Shown here: piece after piece, positions 36,661 through 49,815 of the stretch
How the letters are laid out: every line of letters starts with the position of its first letter
Numbering within the stretch: position 1 is the first letter of the stretch
NCBI RefSeq assembly: GCF_006345805.1
Contig: NC_043012.1
Location: forward strand, 9,424,001-9,488,000
Direction: 5' to 3'
From: Octopus sinensis
Taxonomy: Eukaryota
Length of the DNA: 64,000 bases
Translations under genes and position numbers: made by a program
The notes under the pieces: generated by a model
Told to the model about the DNA's origin: nothing
Database searches by the model: none
The model's input: only the letters and a program-made list of their open reading frames with translations

Positions 36661-37075
36661 GCAAAGGAGTTGCTGTGTAGTAAGTAGTTTGCTTACCATC
36701 CACATGGTTCTGGGTTCAGTCCCACTGCGTGGCACCTTGGGCAAGTGTCTTCTATTATAGCCTCGGGTCGACCAAAACCTTGTGAGTGGATTTGGTAGAC
36801 GGATACTGAAAGAAGCCCGGCGTATACATGTATATATGTATATATATATATATGTGTGTGTGTGTGATTACGTGTTTGTGTTTGTCCTCCCATCATCGGT
36901 TGACAACCGATGCTGGTGTGTTTATGTCACCGTATCTAGCGATTTGGCAAATGATACCGATAGAATAAATACTAAACTTACAAAGAATAAGTCCCGGGGT
37001 CGATTTGCTCGACTAAGGACGGTGCTCCAGCATAGCCGTAGTCAAATGAGTGAAACAAGTAAAAAAGTAAAAGAG
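36661..37075 (+). mobile_element. SINE family D, full length
   Basis: Both modules present; ends GAAACAAGTAAAAAAGTAAAAGAG. Confidence 0.92.
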
Positions 37076-37213
37076 TATATATATATATATATATATATAT
37101 ACTAAGTCAATGAAAAAGAATATATACCATACGAATGCATCGGACCTCTGCAGAGTGTGGTGTATGTTGGTACCAAGCACCCTAAACCGCATATCCATAC
37201 ACACACACACACG

Positions 37214-37249
<36 letters not shown>

Positions 37250-37303
37250 ATCTTAATCAAGGAAACGAAACGACGCGAGGGCGCTCAGTTATACAATAGT
37301 GTG

Positions 37304-37524
37304 ATTTCTTTACTACCCACAAGGGGCTAAACATAGAGGGAACAAGGACAGACAAAGGGATTAAGTCGATTACATCGACCTCAGAGTGTAACTGGTACTT
37401 TATTTATCGACCCAAAAACGATGAAAGGCAAAGTCGACCTCGGCGGAATTTGAACTCGGAACGTAACGGCAGACGAAATACGGCTACGCATTGCGCCCGG
37501 CGTGCTAACGTTTCCACCAGCTCC
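37304..37524 (-). mobile_element. SINE family A, tail type 1
   Basis: ATTTCTTTACTACCCACAAGGGGCTAAAC..GCTAACGTTTCCACCAGCTCC. Confidence 0.92.
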
Positions 37525-38991
37525 GATTACTTCTAGTTTCATATTACTGAGTATAGTTCGAATTACAGCTGTATGCATTATAATTACACCACCAGTTATA
37601 GTCACTTATAGTATTGGCTGTTCAATTCCATATGTTTTGCAAATACTGTTGAACGTCTTGCCTTGAGACGCTATTTTAAAAATGAAATCTAAGTTTGATT
37701 CTGGTTTTTATAAACAATTTGTGATTGTTTATATATTATGCTAGTTCTAGAACTAAACTCTTTGATTCAGTGATCAAGTTGTGGTATTGTCCACGTTATT
37801 TAGAAATAGATCTATTTTTCAACAATTCTGAACCTACGTGTAATGTTAGAACATGGACTGAAACTGTTCAGAAAAGAAATAAAGTATAGGATAGAAAAGA
37901 AATATCAGGTATATTTAAAAGACATAAAAGTGGTGCTAGCAATGCTAATATTAACAGAGGAGGTATTATCAACGAATCAATAATGAGTAATATTAAACAG
38001 AACATGCCGCTTTACACGGAAGCGAGTCAAAGTGCTGCTTTATCTTCGAATTTCAAAGCAACAAGGGAAATTCTTCAATAATTGAAATGGAAGTCGTTTG
38101 GCAATTTGAATTGGACACTTTAATCAAAAGTATATTCCTTTAAATGAAATGACTGCTGAAAGAAGAAAACGGGAAGCAGGAAATGAGAATGAAAAGAAAG
38201 CCTACAAAAAGAAGAAAATCGGGATGTTCAGGATAATACGTAAAGTTCAAAAAGCTAACCACAGTCCTTACAGGTAGAAAGCATTTCAGTGAAACATGAA
38301 GGATCAGGTGAGAGAGTATGACACTCATATGTAACTGAAATGAGGATGTTTATTAAAGATGGTGGTTGTGTTGATGTGCGCAATTTAAACGTTGACGAAA
38401 GAGGATTTCTTTGAAAGGAATGCGCGTTAAAGGTTACTAGGTGAAAGATTGAAAATTGCAGCCTGAGTTTAAAATAGCTAATGACTGTCAAACGAAATTA
38501 TTGCTGCTACTGCGCGTCTAAAATTTAAAACGATAATTGATCTATTGAACACAGTCCAGATGTTCTTAAAGAGTTCAACTATCATTCACCTTCAGGTAGT
38601 TGAAATTCTACTAAATAAATATTGGATTATGCACATTTATTTGAAGATTGGTCCCGAGGTCAAAAGGCATTCTAAATATAAATTCAGATTTCAAAATTAT
38701 ATTAATATTTCATAATCATTAAAGTCATTCAAAAATGTTAAAATTCTATTTCTTCACATTATTCAGTTTCAATTTGCGGCTGTTTGTTCACCATAACAGA
38801 GAACTGAATGATGAAGTCGCATTTATAATTAAATCCACAAAATGCATCTAATAATGATGATGATTAATACCAGCAGAGGGACAAATACGTAAAGGAAGCA
38901 AATAAAACGAAGCTTAAAGAATTCGAAACTATTTTTAGAGTAGCTGTGAAACTCTCCTGCATGAAACATTAAATGGTAGTCATACATCATG

Positions 38992-39047
<56 letters not shown>

Positions 39048-39053
39048 TATATA

Positions 39054-39433
39054 TAAACTTAGATAAACTTAGATAAACTTAGATATGTTTCGACCAAAGA
39101 TTGGTTCAGGCCATGTCTAACTTAATAGCACCACCTGATAGGATTATCTGAATCCTGTTTAAGACAAGTTTTGTTTATGGTCCATTCAAGTAGTGAGTTC
39201 TTGTTGGGTGAGTTGTATCCAATTATGGGTGGCTTATCTGGTATTCTTTGAAGGAACCTATCCAGACTCCGTTTAAAGTTGATGGAATCCTTTTCCTCTT
39301 TGATCTCCATCGGGACAATGTTAAATGGGGCAGGGCTTGTTGAAGAAAAGAAATTATGTTGCAGTGTACATGTATGCTGTGATCTTGAATTGGGCAGGGG
39401 ACGTATGGCCCGTGGTCCCAGTCTTGAATGATA
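39054..39433 (-). mobile_element. CR1/L2-group LINE 3' end with (ATCTAAGTTT)x3 tail
   Basis: HNFFSSTSPAPFNIVPMEIKEEKDSINFKRSLDRFLQRIPDKPPIIGYNSPNKNSLLEW resembles APE-type LINE ORF2 C-termini; short 3' UTR with ACCAA/TTGGT stem-loop and a 10-bp tandem tail. Confidence 0.7.
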
Positions 39434-39489
39434 TATATGTATATATATTTTGTATATTATATTAATTATTTTTATTTTCATGTTTTGGT

Positions 39490-39625
39490 TTGTGTTTTTC
39501 ACTATTTGATTTGCCTAATAGTGGTTTTATCTCTAATTTAATTTATATTTATACTGTGAAATTAGATTTAATCCTAAATCTAATTTGTCCCTGTAAGTTT
39601 GGATTTACTCCCTAATATTATTATT
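39490..39625. mobile_element. Fragment of element P1 (no ribozyme part)
   Basis: TAGTGGTTTT..TTTAATCCTAAATCT..CCTGTAAGTTTGGAT..TCCCTAATA is the reverse complement of ~4772-4880. Confidence 0.7.
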
Positions 39626-39630
39626 ATATA

Positions 39631-39675
<45 letters not shown>

Positions 39676-39885
39676 AACGGACCGGCGTCCCGTTCAAGGC
39701 TGAAATGCATAAGCAGTGAAAACCGTCAATATGACTCGGAATGCATATGCAATGAGAACCAACTCCACATGACTCGGAAAGAAACTTCATTTATACTTTC
39801 TATGATATATATATATATATAATATATATAATATATATCTGATATATAATATAATATGATATATCTACATACATATATATATATG

Positions 39886-39918
<33 letters not shown>

Positions 39919-40127
39919 TCTCTCTCGCACACATATATCTTGTAAGAAATAATTGGCAATAATTGCCAATCTTGAATGGTGTACTCTAATAATACAAACG
40001 TACATCAGAACATTAAAAATAGAAAAAGCTGCAAGAAATGCACAATTATTTCTACTATGGTGGTAATATAATTACCGCTCCAAGGTACACACACGCACGT
40101 ATACACACACACATACATACATAGAGA

Positions 40128-40176
<49 letters not shown>

Positions 40177-40368
40177 TAAGCAATAAGGGTTTAGCAACGA
40201 GTTGCCTTACCACATACCGAATTTAGAAATAGCAGTCAAAGGGTATAGCTGTTTCTTCTACTAAAAAGGGAGATCTCAGTAAAAACAGCATTGGAAGGCA
40301 GACACAAACAGGTAAGAGAGAATGAATTGACTGCAATCTATCATACATTTTTTAGTTATCCACGGACG

Positions 40369-40396
<28 letters not shown>

Positions 40397-40399
<3 letters not shown>

Positions 40400-40700
40400 A
40401 GGTGCAATGGCCTAGTGGTTAGGGCAGCGGACTCGCGGTTGTAGGATCGCGGTCCCGATTCCTAGACCGGGCGTTGTGAGTGTTTATTGAGCAAAAACAC
40501 CTAAAAAGCTCAACGAGGCTCCGGCAGGTGATCCCTGCTGTACTCTTTCACCACAACTTTCTCTCACTCTTTCTTCTGTTGGCCTGCTCGCGTAGCCAGC
40601 GGGATGGCGTCATTTGAAGGCTAAAACAATGCGAACGCATTGCGACCAGCAATGTGTAACTACATCTGATAGCCTGGTCGGTCACGGTGATCACGGTGAT
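40397..40700 (+). mobile_element. SINE family B, tail type 1, in (TA)n
   Basis: TGGAGGTGCAATGGCCTAGTGGTTAGGGCAGCGGACTCGCGG..GGTCACGGTGATCACGGTGAT. Confidence 0.93.
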
Positions 40701-40706
40701 ATATAT

Positions 40707-40740
<34 letters not shown>

Positions 40741-41135
40741 ATATATATATATGTATGTATGTATCTGTATACGTACATGTGTTTGTCTCGGTGTGTTTAT
40801 TTGAAAAAACAGTTATACTTTTTTGTTCAAATCGAAAGAACACCGTAATTGATAAATCACAGGTTCGCATTATGGCGGCTTGTGAATATGCCTATGATAT
40901 TGAACTGGAATTTGAAGATGAGAAAAATAAAGCAAAACAAAACCAAACAAAACAAGAATCAACAAAAGAAAACTAAGAAAACGAAGATTGTGTTAAGGGT
41001 TTTCATTTTGAATTATTCTGTCGGTCGCCGAGTGCAAACCGCTTTTTGGAAGTTCCGTATTACAGTATTATATCACTTCTACTCTGAATCTTAGTTTAAA
41101 AAATTACAAAATAATGTATATTTAATGTCGTCCTT

Positions 41136-41437
41136 GTGGAGTCGCATGTCCTAGTGGTTAGAGCAGCGGAATCGCTATCAAGAGATTGCGGGTTCGAATC
41201 TCAGACCGGGCGATGTGTGTGTTTATGAGCAAAACACCTAAGCCCCAAGCGGCTCCGGCAGAAGGTAATGGCGAACTTCTGCTGACTCTTTCGCCACAAC
41301 TATGTCGCATTCTTTTCTCCTGCATCTTGCAGCTCACCTGCGACGGACCGGCGTCCCGTCCAGGTGGGGAACCTATTCGCCAATGAAACCGGGAAACTGG
41401 TCCTTATGAGCCAGGCATAGCTCGAGAAGGAACAAAC
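41136..41437 (+). mobile_element. SINE family B-related, tail type 3 (V-like domain), 12-bp TSD
   Basis: TSD AATGTC(G/C)TCCTT at 41124-41135 and 41438-41449; TGCGACGGACCGGCGTCCCGTCCAGG at 41339-41364. Confidence 0.9.
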
Positions 41438-42773
41438 AATGTCCTCCTTAGAGCAAATATTACAGTCATATTTAACACCTAATATATAGGATTTAGCTGT
41501 TTTATGGAATATTGCGTCCTTTCCATTGGCATTCAGGCACTGCATTTGATGCATATTTATAAATGCTAGATATATATTGGGAAGATTTATAAACGTTTCG
41601 GTTACTTTATTTCAGAATTGTTGCCAAACTAATAGCCACAATAGTAAAAATTATTGTAATTATAAACATAACATTAAACAAGATTATATTGTGCATGCGT
41701 ACGCAAAATTATCATTCCGTTATGAGTATCTTTATTATGAGTAATTATTATTCCGTTATGAGAAATAGGTAAAAAAGTATAATAATAAGTTTAGTTCAGT
41801 AAGTGTCTTGTTTAACGAAGCAGCTTCTTCTCCTTGGATTTTGGAACACGATCGCATCTGTTGTTTTCTGCTATAAGACAGCAACGATCATCAACAATTA
41901 TATTTGTGTTCCATTGTCCATATTAAATGATTTCCATTTTCCGTATCTCTTGAGACTGATGCTTTTCTTTCTCTTCGCAAACATTCCAGGAATCAGAAGT
42001 TTAATTGTAAAAATTGCAGCAAAGGGAATACATTTCAATACTCCTGTCGCATCGTAGCTTCGACAATGATTAATGAAATCCGTTCACCAGACAATCCTAG
42101 TTCTTTGTCTCTTCGAAAGTTTCATACAATGTTATTCAGATATATTTGTTAACATTAAAAGAACAAACACATACATCGTTCATATTTCATTACTCACCAT
42201 ACATATCTAATTTCTATTTCTTATCAATTAAATGAGGAAATATTTGAGAGGCTTATTAAAGCTCTAATAAGTTATTTCACCAAACATATAATTTGATGTA
42301 AAATGCAGTAAGATATATTTTGATTTAACTAAAGGCCCGTTTCTTCTTTCTAGCCATTTCCTTGTAGCACGACCTCTCAGACACCCACCCCCACAAAAAG
42401 AGGTAACCAAAGAATATAGTTATCCTTTTCTCTGTTTTAAAATATCGAAACTGTCAGAATTCTTTATGGACAGTTTAAGGAAGCGTATGTTTTATGTATT
42501 TCCTTTTCAAATCTAGCATGTGCTCTTAACGCCCGTTCTTGCGTTCTTATGTGGTCATTCCTTTTAAACATACATATAGTCATACATACAAACATACATA
42601 CAAATAAAGGAATGCGTACCAATCAACATATATATATAAAAGTACTAATGAAAGAAATAAAAAGTAAAAGAATATATATATATATATATATATAGTGACG
42701 TATATTTGCCATTTGAATATACGTCACGATGTGTTGCCGCTACTGTTTATAACTCGCTCTGAGATTTATCATT

Positions 42774-42810
<37 letters not shown>

Positions 42811-43411
42811 TACATGGAAAAATGCTAGCATGGCAAGTAATATTCTTAAGATTATTTACCTGGAAATGTACAGACGTTATTACACCTGTAAAAGTATAGG
42901 ACAATCTATTACTTCTAGTAAAGAATAAGAAACTTTTTACTTAAAATATTGCAGCAAAGAATGCCATTTCTTCTAATTTATCACTCTTTACGCTTCTCAT
43001 CTTTTAAATTTATTGTACAAAACTGTTCCCTAATTTGTAAGTCTGTCTAATTAGTCACTTTTTTCTGTAGCGAAATATTCTACTTAAATAAGTATAGTGT
43101 TATTTGTAAACTATAAACAAAATAAGTTCTAATATTCAAATTTTTAAGTTATCTGCAATATTTTAAGTAAAATGTTTCTTTTTCTTTACTTTACTAAAAA
43201 TAACAGCTTATCCTATACTTTTACAGGGGTAATAACTTGTCCTGTACTTTTCCAGGTTTATATTATTAAGAATATGACTTTTAATGCTCGAATTTTTCCA
43301 TGGAATCCATGACTTTTCCAGGCATTGCTGTGATAAGATAATTAATTATGTGTCAATTAATAATTTAAGATTTTACTTTATAAAATACTGAAAGATGATG
43401 TTTTAAATTTT

Positions 43412-45620
43412 CTATGTGAGCGAGTGCAACCCTAGACCGGTTCTTGCTTCTTGCGTTACTCCGTCTTTATCGACGTGCCTTAGCTTTCCGATCGCCCTGT
43501 TTACTGCCTCTTCTGCATTCCATTTCCTCCCTTTTCGTAACTTAGAGGGTTTTCTCGGATGCTCTGATCTTTCGAATACCTTAGCTTCATTACTCTCTTG
43601 CCTTTCCTGCTTTATATTCTTTGGCGATTGATGTTATCGGTAGTTGCAGCACGGGTTTTCCATACAGTGCAGTTGTATTCAGTGGTTTTGGAAGACCAAG
43701 CCATTTTCTGATAAACACAATAAGCACACTGCATCTTTGCTCCATCCTTTCTACTCTACTCGAGGCTATTTCCTACATTTGCAGTGGCCACATAATCCTT
43801 GGATATAGTTCAAATTGCAGTGTCCAACATTTGAATTTTCCCGGTAATGTTCTGTCAATTGCCTTTAGTCCTTGTTCCACTAAATCGTGTGTTTTTTGCT
43901 TTGCTTCTTATCATTTAGTAAATCTCTGTACCGTCTGCCGAGACTCTTTACCGGTTGTTCTTTCACCGTTGGTATATCTTCTTCTCCTATCCTAAATTTC
44001 GCTTCTTTTGGACTCCTTTCACGAAAACCACGCTTCAAGATTTTTTGGCTTTGAATTTCATTCTCGTCCATCATATTAGCTCGTCCAACCGCTCTAACGT
44101 TCTATCTGCTCCTCCTCTACTTTCTGAGAATACAGTAACGTCGTTCATAAACGTCCTGAATGGTGTGTTTGTAATAGATTTCTCACAGTTTGTTGATCTT
44201 AGTAACATCTCCATGATAAGCACAAACAAAATGAGTGATATCGTGCATCCAGCTGCAATACCTACTTCAAGCCGTTGCCACTCCGTTGTGAACTTTCCTG
44301 CTGTAAATCTCATCCTCAAATTGTCGTAGTAATACATGAGCATTCGTTGAATATCTTCTGGAATCCAAAAGAAGTCCATAGCTGCTTCAATTAGTGCGTG
44401 TGGAACAGATCCATATGCATTGGCAAGATCTAACCAAACAATGTACAGGTATTTCTTCAGTTGTTTTACACAGGTGATAGCTTTCCAGATGGCAAATGCA
44501 TGTTCTATGCACCCAGGGATTCCAAGGATCCCTGCTTTTTGAATTGCTTCACTAATATATTCATTATGCTGTACGAATCTTATGATTCGTCTAGCAATAA
44601 TTCCAAATATGATTTTTCCATCAGTATTTAATAATGAAATGGGTCTGAATTTCCCTAATGTCTTTGCATCTTTCTCTTTAGGTAAATAGATGCCTTCAGC
44701 CATACACCATCACTCCGCTACGTCTTTCTTCTTCCACATTTCTCTTATAAGTGCGCGCAGCTGCAAACGTAATTTCGGGCAATACTTATATTCCTTGAAG
44801 CTTACTCCGTCGTTCCCTGGTGAACTTTTTTCTCTTGCTTTTCTTATGAACTCGTCCATTTCCTTTCGTCTGATGTCATTCGAATCGAATGGTACTCTTG
44901 GTTCAGGTGGTTTCTTCAGCCCGTGCATTTCTGGGAGTACTTTATTTCTGTCGGAGTCGCTGTATTTCAGTAAACGTTTGTTTACTGAAAGTAAAAGCGA
45001 AAGGGATATCTCTTTAGCTTTTACTTTCAGTTATCAAACGTTTCGATTATTGGTATGGGTTGTTTACAAAGCAATGATAGTTCTTTTCTTTCTCCTTTCT
45101 TCTGCTCTTCCTTCTTTCATTTCATAGTAGTTCTCGATGCCTCTTTTTTATCTCTTCATATATCTGCTTTAAAACTGCTCATTCCCCCTCCTTTGCATTC
45201 CTCCATCTCGTATCTTTGCGATCCGCCATTCTCTCCTCGATAGTCCGCACTTTGCCGATGATTTTACATTCCCTGTTGTTTCCAGTCCAAATCTTTCCAC
45301 TCCTTCCTGGTAGATTATATTAGACAAGTTCTCGAGTTTTTGCTCGTCGTCCCCTTTGAATTTGGTGGTCATTTTTGCTACCTCGTCGTCGAATTTTTTA
45401 TAGCTCGCTGCATTATTTGCTTTCGGCCACTTAATCTTTGTCTTCTTCACGCCTATCACTTCTTTGGCTGTTCCGATTCAACTCCAGAATGACCCACGCT
45501 ATGGTTCCGTTCCAGGAGATTCTAGCCACACATCTTATGGTTTTTTAACCCGCAGTGTTGAATTACTTTCCTCTGACACACCTTCCCTTGGTGAATTCTC
45601 AACCCGTTCCATGACAATAG
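43412..45620 (-). mobile_element. R2-superfamily (Hero-like) non-LTR retrotransposon, decayed; N-terminal region plus RT; 3' end missing
   Basis: KIKWPKAN..KLENLSNIIYQEGVERFG; KPPEPRVPFD..KAREKSSPGNDG; AEGIYLPKEKD..FRPISLLNTDGK..QKAGILGIPGCIEH..VWLDLANAYGSVPH..GIAAGCTIS..FMNDV; then LPGKFKCW..YPRIMWPL..RKWLGLP..GRKWNAEEAV..GVTQEARTGLG; many stops and frameshifts. Confidence 0.9.
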
Positions 45621-46050
45621 AGATGGATAGATAGATAGTCAGACAGATTGGTAGAGGGAGAAAGAGAGAAGGGTTATCCCCCTTCCTATTCACTATTCAT
45701 TCTTTTATTTATTTAGCTAGTCCTTTGCCATTCTATTGGAATGGGTTTAAGGATGGTGATCTCTTAAAAAAATAAACATTTTCCTCCTTTCTCTCCCTTT
45801 CTTTCATTTTCTCCTCTGAGTTTATTTAGAATACAAAATGTACTGTCACCCCTTCCAAACATTCATTTTTGGAGGGAATTTTTCGATGAAATTAGAAGGC
45901 ATAGGCATATTACGACTGCCTAATTCGGCCGTTTACGGTTGCTGTCAGTAGAATTATGTGCGTTGCCTGCAGCATCAGAGGACTTTAGCTCTTATATCTA
46001 GCACTGTACGTGTTTCTAACACCCTCTGTTATTTATACACATACACACAC

Positions 46051-46115
<65 letters not shown>

Positions 46116-46268
46116 CCGCATACGATGATAATAATATAATTTTTAAAGAACGAACTACAACGTAAGGAAAGATGCGGTAGAGAATTATTGAGGCTAACAT
46201 CTTAATGCATTTACTCCGCAATGCAGTGTTTCATGTCTAGGACAAATATGGAAAGCTATTGCTAAGAA

Positions 46269-46305
<37 letters not shown>

Positions 46306-46517
46306 AGTGTGTGTGTGTGTGTGTTGTGTGTGTGTGTGCGTGTATGTGTATGTGTGTGTGAGTAGGCATGTATATATGTATGTATGCATGTATGCATGCA
46401 TGTATGTATGTATGTAGCTATCTCTCTCTCACATATATACATATATATATATATATTATGCATAACATTGTTTAAGTTTATACACACACGTACGTTAGCA
46501 GATAAGGTATGTATGTG

Positions 46518-46550
<33 letters not shown>

Positions 46551-47300
46551 GTATAGTAATGCGTGTGTGTGCGTGCGTCCGTGTGTGTGTGTGTGTATGT
46601 GTGTGTGTGAGTATGAAAGTAAGTATAAATTCGAATGATACGGGAAGAGGTGGAAAAATTGAAAAATTGAAAAAGAGCAAGACATTTTTCTTTCACCTAA
46701 CAAAACGTACTGTTTTACCTTTGGAAACCTCTTATTTTTCCCTAGCATTTTTATGTGATTATAATTTTTAGTTTCACTTCATGATTTAAATACATTTAAT
46801 GCTTTCGTATATTTTAGCAGAATATCTAAAATAATATTTTCTATTTAACTGCGGTGGTATCGGCATAAATCAAGTTTACGCACACGCGCACGAATACGCA
46901 GGAACAAACATGGAAAAATGCGTACGCACGTACACGCTTACACACGCACACGCATACACAGATATAAGTATATATATATATATATATAATAACTATGTAT
47001 TCATTCACAGAAACAAAATTTGCTTGTAAGATGATTTTTTCATATTGCATATAAATACATTTAAATCTTTAGATTATAATTCAGTTTTACGTAATTTTGT
47101 CTTCTTTACTTTTCCCGCTAACTCCAAAGGTTAAACGCCACCATTTTCACTTAGAATTCCACGTTTATCTTATTCCATCAAGTTACAAAACAAGTCATTG
47201 TATTTGTTTTTATGTTCTTACCGACATTTCAATATAAGTATATTTTTAAAATTGCGTTCTTTAAAACTTACCAAAAATAGCATTGTAAACTTCCGATTAA

Positions 47301-47657
47301 TCATCTGAAACTTAAATAACTCAGCCTTCTGTTCATTTTTAAAAAGCCATTACAATTCTGATGTGTCCATAAACTATCTTTATCTAACCACTCCAAGAGC
47401 ATAATATTTGCTTGAAATCTATCTAGATTATCTTCGTACGAAGATTCTTTTATACGAAAATCAAAAATATAGGGCAAGTATAGAAAAGCAAATGGATTTA
47501 CCACACCAGTTAAAAGCCAATCGAATATGCAAAATTCCTCCGGCACCAAACATTGGAAAAAAGATTTGTGAATTATTGTTACTCGCCAAACATCAAGCAT
47601 GTTGAAGATCTGATAGTCCGAAAATTTCTTGAAATAATTACATAGGTCCTTCCCGCA
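47301..47657 (-). CDS. Candidate 118-codon exon, unidentified (CGKDLCNYFKKFSDYQIFNMLDVW..NPFAFLYLPYIFDFR..)
   Basis: Long stop-free frame in unique AT-rich sequence starting in phase 0 after TTTGTGGTAG; no recognisable homology. Confidence 0.2.
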   Translation of the reverse strand, partial: CGKDLCNYFKKFSDYQIFNMLDVWRVTIIHKSFFQCLVPEEFCIFDWLLTGVVNPFAFLYLPYIFDFRIKESSYEDNLDRFQANIMLLEWLDKDSLWTHQNCNGFLKMNRRLSYLSFR

Positions 47658-48064
47658 CTACCACAAATACCACAAAATTCTAAACTAAAATGGTATCAAT
47701 TCATATTATTGCGCATGTCGAACTTCCATCAACATTACGGCTATATTTGTTTATAGAAGTATAAAAAATTAAACCAACGGCACCATCAAAGCACTCATCT
47801 GTAGCTGCACCATATCTAACAACTGTTTTTTCCAAAGAAATTCTCAAACATATATTCTTCATAAAATAAGAAGTAAATTGTATTTATCTCCTACATTAGT
47901 TTAACAGAGTACGTCAAAAACGAAAAAGAAAAACGATACAACTTTCACTTCATTATTCTAAATTGTCCATAAAGTAGAAGAACGCACTTTATAAAATTTA
48001 TAGTTTCATGCATAAATCTCTACACAGATCACAAAACCCAATGCTTTTTATGTATTTTAGAATC

Positions 48065-48270
48065 ATATTTTTCACTTGTTTCAGTCACAAGTGCTTATGT
48101 CTGTGTCTGTTTGTCCAACATAGTTTGGACAACCAGCATTGGCCTGTTTATGTCTTTGTAACTTAGCGGTTCGGCAATAAATATCAATACAATGAAATAG
48201 TACTGAGGTCGATTTATGAGACTAAAGCCCTTCGGCGTGGGAATAATTTAATAATTGAGACCAGTATTAT
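48065..48270. mobile_element. SINE family D tail fragments
   Basis: CACTTGTTTCAGTCA; GTAACTTAGCGGTTCGGCAA; GAGGTCGATTT..GACTAAAG. Confidence 0.55.
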
Positions 48271-48780
48271 CCCCCCTCTCTCTCTCTGTCTAAACATTTT
48301 TGGATCCTATGTTGTCTATCTTTTTAACCCAAGATATCTAGCGTAATTTCTGTTGTACGTTTTATATGTATAAGTGATTTCTAGACAATTTAGGCGGTTT
48401 GCCATTTTAAAAATTGACGTTTTTATTCTTTTATTTATCAATCTCTCATTCGTTTTGCACTTCCTGTATTTACCACACATAACTCTTTACATGTAATTTT
48501 TATTTATATGAACTTTTATAAGTATTGTTATATTTTTTTTATATTTCTTATATATTTTTAGGCATGTTTGATTTTATTCCTTATACCCTTGGAGAATCTT
48601 CATACCAGTATATATATGATTTACGTTGATGTGTATGAATATATACGATTCAACTACTTTGATTGAATGCTTCCATTTCTGCCTAAAATTTGTATTTTCA
48701 GTTTTCTCTATACTTATTTTGCATTGGCTTTCTATGAGCACTGCGTAAATAGCCAATATATTTTGAAACCTATTTAATAT

Positions 48781-49110
<330 letters not shown>

Positions 49111-49122
49111 ATATATATTATA

Positions 49123-49164
<42 letters not shown>

Positions 49165-49169
<5 letters not shown>

Positions 49170-49550
49170 AAATATAGTGATGACATTATTAAAATACCAT
49201 CACGAGTGGTAAACGAATTATCAGCCGTACAGGCAAATTAATAAAATATCTACATACAATATTAGATATGTACATATATACGCAAGGGTACTACATGAGT
49301 ACCTATATCGCTAAAGATAGAAGTAAAAAAATACTTCTGTACCACCGAATAGTCACAAATCCATTACATACATGATAGGAAAAAATATCAGTGAACAATA
49401 ATAATGTCTTACCTCAAATGGGTCAGAACAAGTAAATGCTGGTCAACCAGCATTGTGACTATTCGGTGGTACAGAAGTATTTTTTGACTTCTATCTTTAG
49501 CGATATAGGTACTCGTGTAGTACCCTTGTGTATATATGTCCATATCTATA
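49165..49550. mobile_element. Element P3 with inverted 95-bp arms
   Basis: 49264-49358 is the reverse complement of 49453-49547 with few mismatches; homologous to 27722-27972. Confidence 0.75.
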
Positions 49551-49604
49551 TTTTATGAATATATTTTATATATATATTATATATATATATATAATATATT
49601 ATAG

Positions 49605-49810
49605 TAGATCCCAAAAAGAACAGACACAAAAAACACAACAACGCGAGGACGTGGTGCATGTAGTGTATTAGCAGACACCCAGGGAAGGAAAGAAATATGG
49701 TTTAACGTTTCGAGCAGATGCTCTTCTTCGGAAACATAGGAAAGTCCAATAGAAGGGAAGCTGGAAGAAGATAATCGCCAAGGATTTAGATGTGGTTACA
49801 TTTTGAAAAT
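49605..49810 (-). mobile_element. Hammerhead-bearing element P2, diverged copy
   Basis: ACAACAACGCGAGGACGTGG..TTTAACGTTTCGAGC..GCTCTTCTTCGGAAACATAGG matches the other P2 copies. Confidence 0.75.
49700..49735 (-). ncRNA. Minimal hammerhead-like motif, U4C variant (P2)
   Basis: GTTT-CCGAAGA-A-GAGC atct GCTC-GAAA-CG-TT-AAAC on the minus strand. Confidence 0.6.
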
Positions 49811-49815
49811 GTATA

